Shown piece after piece: positions 1 to 13,049 of a stretch of 64,000 bases of DNA. The first letter of the stretch is position 1. Each line of letters begins with the position of its first letter. The notes below the pieces were generated by a model. It was not told the origin of the DNA and made no database searches. It worked only from the letters and a program-made list of their open reading frames with translations. The DNA comes from Mizuhopecten yessoensis. Its lineage: Eukaryota. The DNA is taken from positions 1,904,453 to 1,968,452 of the forward strand of contig NW_018408899.1 in assembly GCF_002113885.1 (NCBI RefSeq). Reading direction: 5' to 3'. Position numbers and translations under genes: made by a program.

Positions 1-3000
1 TGGAGTCACAATACAGCTGTTCCGTCCTTCTAGGGCCAAAAAGGTTGAAATTCAATTTGGTATAAACAACTATTGGGGCGGGGGNACGGTCACACACTCT
101 CGTCAAACTGGTTGCTAAATGTCATAACCATTGAGATACACTTGGTATGCCTGTGTCATGATAACAGGGGGAAATAAAATAGTTTCTTGTGTGCAGCTGG
201 CAGTTTTTGTCGTATGCCATCTAATTTTCTCAATGTAACAATTTTATTTCATTAGTACATAGATGTAGCAATGTAAAATGCTCTACAGACGTGTCCATCG
301 TTCTCGCCTTGTATTTCTCTGTTATTTTTATATGAAAACGTCCTTCGCATTCATTAAAAACATGAATTCAGAGATCCCATACAGAAAAGATGTTGATAAA
401 AGCACGGAGACTACACAGAGGATGGTTTCTTCCTATCGAAGTACAGCATAGACATTCAAGAGGTTATACGCTCTTACGTTCTCTACAAAATAGTATGATG
501 AATTCGGGGCATCCAGTTAGCTATTTAATTGATTTCATGAATAAAAACTGACTAATAGATAGGCCCATATCTATTCTTTGAGTATTGCAGGGGAGCGCCT
601 TTTAACTTGAAAGGATCTTTAAAAAACAAAAACTAGAACATGTTAATTAGTATCAATTAAAGCAGTTCTACAATTTTTCGTCAATGTGCAACTGTTCTCA
701 ACTCAACCTCCAGATAGATAACTATTTTTATAAATAACCTTTATTAATCAAGTTTTTAATAACCTGACTGGAATGGATTTCTTCAGTAAATTAAGCAATC
801 CCCGTACGTTCCCTAACAAATGGGCATCTTTGAAGTGTCTTCATACCTTATACTAGTAGTGCATTAAATAGGGTGTTTGTTTAATGAGTAACGTTGGTAA
901 GACTCCTTCGTTGATTCATATACGACACCTCCTCTGTTCATTGCTGTGCTATTTCTTATGTTTAAACATGTATCAAACCGCTTGATTTAAACATATTCAA
1001 AACACAAATAGGATAAGACACAAGTTAACCATCCGGTTAAATATGCAGAACAAGTACACAGATTAACAACGTGAACATCAGTTTACAATAAAAGAATCAA
1101 TTGTGTTGTATAATAAAATAGCAGTATAAATGATTATCAAAAGGTTTAAAATGTCTTAGTGTTCGCTGCGCTTTTCTCACAAGATTTGGCTTTGAAGTTT
1201 GAAGATTTGAAGGTTTTTTTTATTACTCTTGCAAAAGATCACCATACCTGACATTTTGACAAAATTATGACTTAACCGCTTCCTGCTCACTTGATTATAT
1301 AATATATTGATTGGGTTAGATTTGAATAATATTTAACACTTAACACTAATAAAAAGACATCATCTGTCTCGCCTTTAATGTCTTATCAATATAATTGTGA
1401 TAGTAAAAAAATAAACTGTACAACTTCCTGTCTATTTCCACTAATATATCGCTACAGATTTAATGCTATGGTATCAGTCACCGTTGTGAACGTTTTTGTT
1501 GTGACCATATTAATGTTTATGTTAACACGACGAACTGTGCCCATTGCTTGGTCGACCTGTTGACATATCCATAGGGCCAAACTGTGCCCATTGTTCGGTC
1601 GACCTGTTGGCATATGAGACTGAATACTGATTTTGGCATGTGAAGGTTGAAAATGACCAGATTATAAACTTCAACAATGCTGAAAATAGCTACAGTCCTG
1701 ACTTTAGGCCTAACAAATGACCAGACTTATCTGTGGGGGGTGCAGATGAACACCTGTCCTAACAATGTAATCATAAGCAAATATATATATATATGTTTCT
1801 TGAAGTGCAACATAAGTTCGTAACGACTGTTACTGTAACGGAAATAAGCTGAAGAAATAATCTATCTTTTAATGAAATTATGATAACTTTTTAAGGAATA
1901 GAATCAATGGATTTTGGTTATTAATGTATCAACAGCTACAATGTACAAGTCAAGAAGCTCCATAGAAGAAATTCCTTAATTTTAAAGGATTGTTCAGTAT
2001 TTACCAGATAAAACATCTTTCAACTATAAGATTAAAAGCAAATTAAATAAAGAAATGTACATGTTCACACCGAATGAAGCTCAAAATAAATACAAACGCT
2101 TCCTCATTTGAAACTTGATATTCCTTTGTCCATGGCTGATTTAAATGATAATTAGTTATTGATCTTTTGAACTAATACTAATATGATGACCATGACCACG
2201 CTATTCTATTGCCAGTATTACTACAGTGTACTAATTCTATGTAATTGTTCGATCAATGAGTTCTGTCAAGACCTGTTCATACACAGTTTACCTGTAGTGA
2301 GATCACGTGGTTATACTGTAAACACGGGTGAGCCTTATGTAGGATATTTCCTGGTGTAGGGGTTCGGGTTCGACCCCCCGCGCTGACCATAGACGCAATC
2401 CAGTAAATGGTTTTTTTTAACTTTTATTTGTCATAATTGGCTTATGAACTGATCGGATGACATTAATACATCGGTTACTTTTAATAAAACGCAATACACT
2501 TACAGAATACGAATATATTTCTATATTATCTTGTAGATTAAAATCCTGTATTTCGTTTAAAACGTTATGATGTAATATAACCAATTCCATATTCATTTAC
2601 ATAGATGATGTGTTGTGTTCATACTGACTATTTTAAAGGCGTTTAAAAGGTAAAACAAACAACTGCCAAAAACATACATCATATGTAAGAGGAAATCGTC
2701 TGTTATTGTGTTTAACAGTACATTTTGGTGTAAATATTTCTTCACTCAAACACATTTTTACATCGGTAGTTTGTTTACCGTACTGTTCTCAACGACCATG
2801 AAATAATCTCAAGGTTTCATCTTAATTTTAATTGTTGATTAATTCAATATTTTAAAGGGAGTCAGTTCCGTCAGTCTACGCTAATTTTAATTTATTCTTA
2901 TTCAAATTTTAACTAAGGCTAAGATTCTGTCAGGATCCTAGAGTCGTAAGTTGATGTATGCTCTTTTACAGATGTTATGAGAAAATGATTTAATTTCAAA

Positions 3001-4955
3001 ATATCTTTTGTAAAAACATCTGGTCATTTTAAAAACATGAGTTTCACGGATCACACAACAACATTTTAAGTGGTATTGAAACTCTTGATGCTTTTAGCAT
3101 TCTACCATCGTAACAAAATGAATTCAATGACAATGACAACTATATCATGATCAACAAAGAGCTATGACGAAGAGCAATGTTAAATATTTACATATTATAA
3201 TATATTATAATAAGCATACATACATCAACACATAAAAGAATTTGAAAAATAATGTAGGTTATCAATTTCGCATATTAATACGAGACCCATCATTTTAACT
3301 GTATGATGCTACATGTATAACTGAGTCGTAACTGTACCAGGGTGAAACAGACAAATTACCAATAGTCCAGAGCGTATGTTACAAATGACCGGATTCATAC
3401 CTGTACAATCAGATTTTATATTGGAAAGTGTGTTGGCGCAATTTTAAGCTAATAATTCAAGGGAGATAATTCTTACAAAAACTATGAAAAGAATATTGAA
3501 ATCGAACATGAATTTTTTTCACTATTTTACTTTTTCTTTTTGACCCCATCCCTCTGCCCTCTTATTTGATATAAAAGGTGCCACTTGCATTTATACAAAA
3601 ACAGATCAATATTGACATAGGGTCTTTCAAACAAGATTGCGTGAAAATCCGTTTTATAGTAAGAAAGATCAGACTTTTAATACTACCACCATCATCACTT
3701 CTACATTTATAATGCCAAGCTTTTGTCTGATTATATGGACTGGTCTGAATTAACCAGGTGAACAACCTTCCGATTCCTCAGCAGTGTTCAACTTTGTATT
3801 TCTGTATTTCAGTGGTGCTTCGTGGTTTTTTTTTTTTTTTTGTTAGATCACAAAAATATTTTACAACTAATTTACATACTCTACATGTAGATAATTTGTG
3901 TTCCAAGTAGGCACCCTATACTCGCCTTAAGGTATTGAAAATATCGTTTAAACTGCTGCTGTCGCCACTAAAAGCTGCTAGACTTTTCCGCATTAAAAAC
4001 CTTTTGAAGCCAAGTTTCAAAGATTCTGTGTAATCAAAATACATGACCAGTCTTAGGGTATTTCATCTGTGCTCACATTAGTGACGAACAGCTGTTGTAA
4101 GCTCATGTTTTCCTCAAAATATAGAAGTGTGAAACCAGTTTGGTTATCACATAATGTTTAAAGGACAACGTGAAACATGTCCATGGGTGAAATAGCTTGT
4201 CACAAATGGTGTTTGGCTGAAAAGTGACATCTGAACACCAGATTGTATGCACACTCACACCCATGAATATCACAAATAATGAAAATATTACGTGGTCATA
4301 TACTTCTTAAGTATCCGTGTAGAGACTATAAACAGGAAAACTAGAGGAAAATGCTTCCAATTCCCAGAATGATGACATGTATTTCCATTGGATATCACAA
4401 CAAAGCCAACAATGCTGACTGCGGGTAACAGATACATGCAAAGCATTATGATTTTACCTTTACACTGTTTAAAACAGGTTCTCATTCTGGTGATCTGGCT
4501 TGACCCGTGTACCAAGACCTGTTAGCTTAATGCTTTGTTGTGATATGTCCAATGGCAATACATGTAGATATCATTATTTTAAGAAATTTGTAGCGTTTTT
4601 TCAAAGTTTTCTTGATAATAATAACTACATGGATAGTTCAGGAGTACATGTATGCAGTTACTATTCTATATTATTTGTAATTTCGAGGATGTGCTAAACA
4701 TTCCTGTGATAATTAAATGTCTTTTCTGCCAAAAACAATTTTATTTTAAGCAAACATATTCTTCAATGGTCATAGTTTACACTGTATTGGATACACGATT
4801 ACCAAAATGATTCAATCCTTTTTATTTTGAGAAAAAATGATGAACTCATCACAAATTTCATACAGAGACACAAACCTGGAAAAAATACTGTGTCACTAGT
4901 GTTAGAAAAAGCCGGAGTCCTTCCTGTATTAAAAACCAACTTGCTGTTACCATTA

Positions 4956-6278
4956 AACAAGAGGCCCAATGGGCCTGCATCGCTCACCTGGTATTAATCT
5001 CACAATTGTAACCTTAAAAATGTACCAAAATAAAGCTACAGTCAAAATAGCAGTGTCTTGACTTAAAGTCATTCAGAAGAACCTGTTAAACGACTTAAAT
5101 ACATTTGACACTGTGACCTTGAATGTCAAACATTGACATTAAGTTGAACAAACTGTATAGCCCTTCATCCCAGAATGCAACTTGCCAAATATCACCACCC
5201 TATACCTTTTGCTTATTGAGAAGATGACTTCTAAAGATTAGCACTATGAGCCAGATGTGACCTTGAAAGTGTGTCAAGGTCATTCACATGAACAATCAAT
5301 CACCCTGGACGCTGTAGTTATTCAGAGGTTGTTTAGATATTACAATTGACCCCTGTGACTTTGAATATAGGTTAAAGTCATGCATTTGAACAAACTTGGT
5401 AGCCCTTCATCCCAACATCCTTCTGGCCAAAAATTATCACTCTGGACCTTTTGGTTATTCATAAGAAGTCGTTTAAAGATTTCAACATATTTGACCCCGT
5501 GACCTTGAATAAGAGCAAAAGGTCATTCATTTGAACAGACTTGGTAGCTCTACGTCCCAACATCCTTCTGGCCAAATATCATCACGCTGGACCTTTTAAT
5601 TATGCAAAAGATGTTGTTTAAAGGTTTTTAGGACAGTTGATCCCTGTGACCTTGAATATGGGTGTAGGTAATTCATTTGAATAAACTTGGTAGCCCTTTA
5701 TTCCAGCATGTTATTGGCCAGATATCATCGCCCTTTACCTTTTGGATATTCAGGAAAGTCGTTTAAAGATCAACATATTTGACCCCAGTGACTTTGAATA
5801 AAGGCGAAGGACATTCATTTTAACAAACTTATTAGCCCTTTATCCAAGCATGCTACTGGCCAAATATCAACACCTTATGTCTCTTGGTTATTTAGAAGAA
5901 GTTGTTTAAAATTTTAAACATATTTTATCCCCCTGTGACCTTGAATATGGACGAAGGTCATTCATTTGAACAAGTTTGGTAGTGCTTGATCCTAGCATGT
6001 TATTGGCCAAATAGCATCACCCTGTGCATTCTGGTTATTCAGAAGAGGTTGTTTATTTTTTTTGCATAATTGACCCCTGTGACCTTGAAAATGGGCAAAG
6101 GTCATTCATTTGAACAAACTTGGTAGCCCTTTATCCTAGAATGCTACTGGCAAAATAGCATTGCCCTTGGCCTCTTGGTTATTCAGAAGAAGTTGTTTAA
6201 AGTAAAAGGTTGACACCGGACGGACGGACGACAGACGGACGACGGACGGACGACCGTCCTTTGGGTCAGGTGAGCTAA
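4956..6278 (-). mobile_element. Non-autonomous Helentron-type element (HINE/pearl-like) with internal ~146-bp tandem array
   Basis: AACAAG terminus, hairpin AGGCCC...GGGCCT, subterminal IRs GCTCACCTG (4982) and CAGGTGAGC (6267), (GGAC)n microsatellite at 6217-6255, and about 7 tandem ~146-bp units. Confidence 0.8.
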
Positions 6279-8629
6279 AGAGTAGTGCTTAACTTATCAA
6301 ATTAAGTTACAAATGACCACTGTCTTAACTCCATTATGTTCTAAATGGCTCTAATAATTGTGACAGATTTGGATTTTGATACAATTCAAGGGAGACAAAT
6401 CTTACAAAAATAAATTGAGAAGTGTCTCGAGATGAACAGTTACGATTGATGAAGCTCAAAGACGAAACTAATCAAAGTGTACAATTAACAAATAATACAA
6501 ATCAAAATAAGAGAAAGTTATACTTGGTGTCTCAAAATCTATAAATTAACAAAGCTAGATTGGACCACTTCATTGTCTTTCTCATTAGAATCAACTGTTT
6601 TTGTAAAAAATGTTTGAACAATTATATTTTTCTTGAAGTGCAACATACGTTCGTAACGACTGTGATTAAATCAACGGAAATAAGCTGAAGAAATCATCTA
6701 CATTGTATCTTTTAATGAAAATTATGATTACTTTAATTAAGGATTAGATACAATGCATTTTGGTTATTAATGTATAAACAGCTACAATATATAATTCAAG
6801 AAGCTTCAGAGAAGAAATTCCTTAATGTTAAAGGAATTCATAGCATTTACCAGATAAAAACATGTTTCAACTGTAAGATTAAAAGCAAATTAAATGAAAA
6901 TCTGACCAAATAAAGCTCAAAATAAACCCTTCTTTTATCTTAAAAGTTTCCCCTTTTGTACCCAACGCTTCCTCTTTTGAACTGAATATTCCTTTGCCCA
7001 GGGTTTCTTCAACTAGTAATAAGATAAATTCCATTTTGCCTCTCTAAGCTATTGGATCATAGTATCATGACCATGACCACACTATACAACTGCCAGTATT
7101 ACTAGTGTACTAATTCTATGTAATTATTGGATCGATCAGTTCTGTCGAGACCTGTTTGTACTGAGATCACGTGGTTATACTGTAAACACGGGTGAGCCAT
7201 ATGTAGGATAGATTGAGTTGTGTATTGGTAAGCTGGCTCAGTCATGTGGTTCCTTCGAATATCAATACATACTTTGCGTTATATTTCCTGGTGTAGGGGT
7301 TCGACCCCCGCACTGACCCACAGACGCAATCCGGTTACTGGTTGTTTTTTTTTACTTTTATTTGTCATAATTGACTTATGAACTGGTCGGATGACATTAA
7401 TACATGTGTTACTTTTAGCTTTTTTTCATTATATTTCATATGAATAAAACGCAATACACTAACAAAATACGAATATATTTCTATATTATCTTGTAGATTA
7501 AAATCCTGTATTTCGTTTAAAACGTTATGATGTAATATAACCTATTCCATATTCATTTACATAGATGATGTGTTGTGTTCATACTGACTATTTTAAAGGC
7601 ATTTAAAAGGTAAAAACAAACTACTGCCAAAAACATACATCATATGTAAGAGGAAATCGTCTGTTATTGTGTGTTTAACAGTACATTTTGGTGTAAATAT
7701 TTCTTCACTCAAACACATTTCTACATCGGTAGTTTGTTTACCGTACTGTTCTCAACGACCATGAAATAATCTCAAGGTTTCATCTTAATTTTAATTGTTG
7801 ATTAATTCAATATTTTAAAGGGAGTGAGTTCCGTCAGCCTACGCTAATTATAATTTATTCTTATTCAAATTTTAACTAAGGCTAAGATTCGTTCATGATC
7901 CTAGAGTCGTAAGTTGATGTATGCTCTGTTGCAGATGTTATGAGGAAATGATTTAATTTCAAAATATCTTGATGTTTGTAAAAACATCTGGACATGTTTA
8001 ACGCCTGTTCGTAGATTCTGTGCATTCTAAATACCGATTATGTCACGTGAATGTTAGAGCATCAATATTTCTAACAGAATAGTGATACAAATAGTTTGAT
8101 GTTAGTTACCATGAGTTTCACGGATCACACAACAACATTTTTAGTGGCATTGAAACTTTTGATGCTTTTAGCATTCTATCATCGTGACCATTGGGCAAAT
8201 ATTTTGCCAATGACAAAAAAAATTGAATTCAATGGAGTCATACCTGTACAATTAGATTTTATATTGAAAAGTGTGTTGATGCCGGTTATAATTCAAGAGA
8301 GACATTCTTACAAAAAACTATGAAATTCAAAGAAAACATTAAAAATAATGTTCAATTTCAACCAGTTTTTAACTATATTTGTTTTCTTTATGACCCCATC
8401 CTTCTGCCATCTAAGGTGAATAAAAAGGTGCCACTTTCATTCATACAAAACATATCAATCTTGACATAGGGTCTCTCAAACAAAATCGAGTGAAACTCCG
8501 TTTTATAGTAAGAAAGATCAGACTTTTAATACTACCACCATCATCACTTCTACATTTATAATGCCAGGCTTTTGTCCGATTATATGGACTGGTCTGAAGA
8601 TACAGACCTATATAAGCTTATTTCATTAA

Positions 8630-8800
8630 CCAGGTGAACAACCTTGCGATTCCTCAGCAGTGTTGGACTTTGTATTTCTGTATTTCGTTAGCCAGGCGAA
8701 CAACCTCACGATTCCTCAGCAGTGTTAAACTTTGTATTTCTGTATTTCGTTAGCCAGGTGAACAACCTAACGATTCCTCCTTGTATTTCTGTATTTCGTT
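8630..8800. repeat. Three tandem ~61-bp units
   Basis: ccagg.gaacaacct..cgattcctcagcagtgtt..actttgtatttctgtatttcgttag x3; single copy at 3754-3810 in the sister duplicate. Confidence 0.8.
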
Positions 8801-10183
8801 GGTGCTTCAAATCTTGATATATTTTTTGTGTAAGATCACAAAAATATTTCATAACTAATTTACATACATGTAGATAAGTTTTATTCAAATGGATTTAAAA
8901 GAAATAGCAATCAAAAATATTTTGTAAACAACTATCAAAAAAATAATCATAATTATGCGAAAAGAGATCGTCTTTTGTTAGTGTGATCAACAGCTGAATA
9001 CTCAGAGTTTACAAAATGAAACAAAAAAGTGTGTATGTCATGTCCTAGATATTTGGATTTTATATGTTAAACGATAGAGTTTTACAATGGTATTTCATCT
9101 TTGGTCGTATGCTAGATGCTTCTTTCCAATCGGTCAAAAATGTATATCTACATTACTCAAAAACTTCACAGCCGTCAAAGTAATTTCCCTTTCCGTGTAA
9201 AGATTGGAATTGGTCCTTGATGATTGTTCTGTAGCTGTTTTTGTTCTTGTTCGACAGAGTGTATTGGACCTGATAACATTGTAGGCACCCTATACTCGCC
9301 GTAAGGCATTGTAAATACCGTTTAAACTGCTGCTGTCGCCAGTAAAAGCTGATAGACTTTTCCCCATTAAAAACCTTTTGAAGCCAAGTTTCAAAGATTC
9401 TGTGTACTCAAAATACATGACCAGTCTTAGGGTATTTCATCTGTGCTCACCTTAGTGTCGAATATTTGTTGTAAGCTCATGTTTCCCTTTAAAAATAGAA
9501 GTGTGAAACCAGTTAGGTTATCAAATACTGTTTAAATGACAACGTGAAACATGGCCATTGGTGAAATAGCTTGTTACAAATGGTGTTTGGCTGTAAAGTG
9601 ACATCTGAACACCAGATTGTATGCACACTCTCACCCATGAATATCCCAAATAATGAAAATATTACGTGGTCATGTACTTCTTAAGCATCCGTGTAGAGAC
9701 TATAAAAAGGAAAACGAGAGGAAAATGCTTCCAATTCCCAGAATGATGACACGTATTTCCGTTGGATATCACAACAAAGCCAGATACACGCAAAGCATCA
9801 TGATTTTACCTTTACACTGTTTAAAACAGGTTCTCATTCTGGTGATCTGGCTTGACCCGTGGACAAAGACATGCTAGCTTAATGCTTTCTTGTGATAGGT
9901 CCAATGGCAATACATGTAGATTTCATTATTTTAAGAAATGTGTAGCGTTTTTTCAAAGTTTTCTTGATAATTGTAACTACATGGATAGTTCAGGAGTACA
10001 TGTATGCAGTTATTTTTCTATATCATTTGTAATTTCGAAGGATGTGCTAAAAAGTCCTGTGATAATTAAATGTCTCTTCTGCCAAAAACAATTTTATTTT
10101 AAGCAAACAGTTTCTTCAATGGTCATAATTTCATTGTTTTGGATACACGATTACCAAAATGATTCCATCCTTTTTATTTTGAG

Positions 10184-10807
10184 GAAAGTTGTTTACATAC
10201 AACAATTGATCCCTGTGACCTTGAACATATGTGAAGGTCATTCATTTGAACAAACTTGGTAGCCCTTCATTCTAACATCCTTCTAGCCAAATATCATGAC
10301 CCTGGACCTTTTGGTTAATCAGAAGAAGTCGTTTAAAGATTTCAACATATTTGACCCATGTGACCTTGAATATGAGCAAAACGTCATTCATTTGAAAAAC
10401 TTGGTATCCCTTCATCCCAATATCCTTCTGGCCAAATATCATCACACTGGACCTTTTGGATATTCAGGAGAATATTACACAAGGCTAAGGGGAAGTAACT
10501 CATGAAGGAAACATCTCATACACCTCATACACACTTACACACACATACAAGTACATGTACAAATACATTAATTTCAGCATATAGATACACTATCATAGAC
10601 AGATATTGGCAGTCTTAGACCAAAAGTTTAAACATACTTGACCCATGTGACCTTGAAAATGGGCAAAGGTCATTCATTTGGACAAACTTGGTAGCCCTTC
10701 ATCCCAGAATGCTACTAGCCAAATATCATTGCCCTACGCCTCTTGGTTGAAGTTGACACCGACCGGACGACGGACGGACGACCGTCCTTTGGGTCAGGTG
10801 AGCTAAA
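10184..10807 (-). mobile_element. Partial duplicate of the HINE at 4956-6278
   Basis: Same ~146-bp units, (GGAC)n, and the identical ccgtcctttgggtcaggtgagctaaa end; the left end is deleted. Confidence 0.78.
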
Positions 10808-11880
10808 GAGTAGTGCTTAACTTATCAAATTAAGTTACAAATGACCACTGTCTTAACTCCATTATGTTCCAAATGGCTCTAGTAATTGTGACAAATTTGG
10901 ATTTTGGATACAATTCAAGGGAGACAAATCTTACAAAAACAAATTGAGAAAATCTTACTGGGTGTCTCGAGATATAAACTGTTACGATTGATAAAGCTCA
11001 AAAGAAGATACTAATCAACACAAATCAAAAATTGAGAAAATTATACTTGGTGTCTCAAAATCTATAAAGACAAATACCTTGGTTACTTAGAGATGGAGAG
11101 TTACGATTGATTAAGCTCCAAAGTAGAAATTCATCAAAGTGTACAATTAACAAACCTTGATTGGACCACTTCATTGTCTTCCTCATTAGAATCAACTGTT
11201 TTTGTTAAAAAATGTTTATACAATTATTGAATCACCATATTTGATTATTTACTGAATTGGAAAAATTGAATTGAATTTCAATTACAAAAATCAATTCCAT
11301 ATTTTTATCAAAACAGGTTCAACAATACCGTAGTCAATCGTCTCCTTTTGGAAGTATGAAAATGGCTCTACCTACAAAATAGATCAGTCAATACTTTAAT
11401 GTTTGCTTTAAGTTATTCATTACCTTTTATCTTTTATGGCACTGAATGTAAATAACAAGATACAATATGCAGTGCTACCAAAACTATTTAACAACAAGTG
11501 GGCTTGTTAAATGAAAACCGTTCAATAACTTCACTACACAAAACATGCCCTATGAATGACAAAATGTGCATTTCAACAAATAAAACAGCTATCCAGACTA
11601 GACTAGTTCAGTGTAGAGAATAATAGTTTCTAAATGAACCTGAACACATTAACAAGAACAGAAAATACATGTACAAACAAACAAAAAGTTAGAATGAATG
11701 GTCAAAATATTTATTTAGAAAGATCACACAATAAGTTCCATATTCAACATAACAATGAAATTATAATTGTCGAGACTAAGTCAAGACATGTAAATTTTTT
11801 CAATTTTAGTTCTATATTTTTTTCAATTGGTCGTATTTGCTTATATGAGCATTATTTTCATTGACAAAAAAAATAATCTT

Positions 11881-11985
11881 GAAAATTAAACTTGTATTGA
11901 TCATCATGAGTCATAGAAAATTAAACTTGTACTGATCATCATGAGTCATAGAAAATTAAACTTGTATTGATCATCATGAGTGATA
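11881..11985. repeat. Three tandem 35-bp units
   Basis: gaaaattaaacttgtattgatcatcatgagtcata x3. Confidence 0.85.
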
Positions 11986-12984
11986 GTATAATATACATTG
12001 ATGATTTGGTTCTGGTGAAACATTTGCATTAGAAAGTAGAAACTCACAATTACTGGAGGACATATAGGTCTGCTAACAGAGCTATATTTTGTTTCTATAT
12101 TTTGAGAACAGCTCTAGCTTAATACATCTGTTTCACCTTTCGAACACTCAAATGTTTGCTTACTGACAACATATGTGCGAGAAAAAGATGTTTTTTCTAC
12201 GAAACCAAAATCAAGAAAAACAGACATCACCTGTCAAATCTTCAAATGGATCTTCTCTTTTATGACAATAATACTCTGTACTGGACGCTGGCTCTGACGA
12301 CGCCTGGCCCTTTGCCTCCTTATGCCATTTTTATTGTAAACATCGCGTTCCTGACTCTGAGTTCGTACTTAAGTCTGCTGTTGAGCAGCCTCAGCTTTTT
12401 AGCCTCAACTTCAGTCACTGAGAAGAGATGTTTTGTTTGTCATAACAAATTTTTGACACTGAGCTTTAGTTCTTGAGTTATGACCCAAAGCTCAGCTTTA
12501 GGGGGCCTCAAGGAAGTATGTGATATCAAGGCATGTTTATAAAGCTTTAAACACCCTATTGCCATGGCAGAGAAAGTCTGGACTGTGACCTAAGAGAGTG
12601 GGAGAGTGGGATATACATTCATACTGCAAACCTTGTATGTCCACGGAAAATGTAAAAATTTCTAACGGTGTAATAGAAATTAATATCAGATACATTTAAT
12701 TTGATAATCAAAGCGTTTTTCTCTAACGAAGACAGTAAAAAAGCATGTTCCAGGACAACTATTTACAGACATAGAATGACTGCTATACCTCCCACAATCT
12801 AGTATACTTGAGAAAACATTTTGTACATTATAACCGTGTAAACGTAACTGTATAGCCATAGGGAGATTCCTGCTACAACTGATATCAGTGTCATCCTATA
12901 TTGACATCAATGACATTATGTAAATAATAGTATAAGTACAATGTAATTTCAATATAATTTAACGAACTATATTCCTTTCATATG

Positions 12985-13049
12985 TCATCTGTCTTCTAGC
13001 TGGCATGTTGAGAAGAGATCTTCTAAAACCTGTCTATCCAAATTTTTAC
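12985..13049 (-). CDS. ZNG1: ZNG1 terminal coding exon 14 ([20 protein letters not shown])
   Basis: G[RK]NLD motif; TGA at 12987-12985. Confidence 0.9.

Larger units (their letters stand above)
1795..11228. repeat. Tandem segmental duplication, two ~4.6-4.8-kb units (1795-6625 and 6626-11228)
   Basis: Collinear matches throughout, e.g. 1798/6631, 2480-2990/7440-7970, 3640-3745/8490-8597, 3907-4830/9281-10183, 6240-6625/10770-11228, with unit-specific indels. Confidence 0.92.

Noticed and set aside
9852-10262. 136-aa plus-strand ORF
   Set aside because: Truncated in the sister duplicate (4500-4697), runs into a HINE, and has no recognisable domain.
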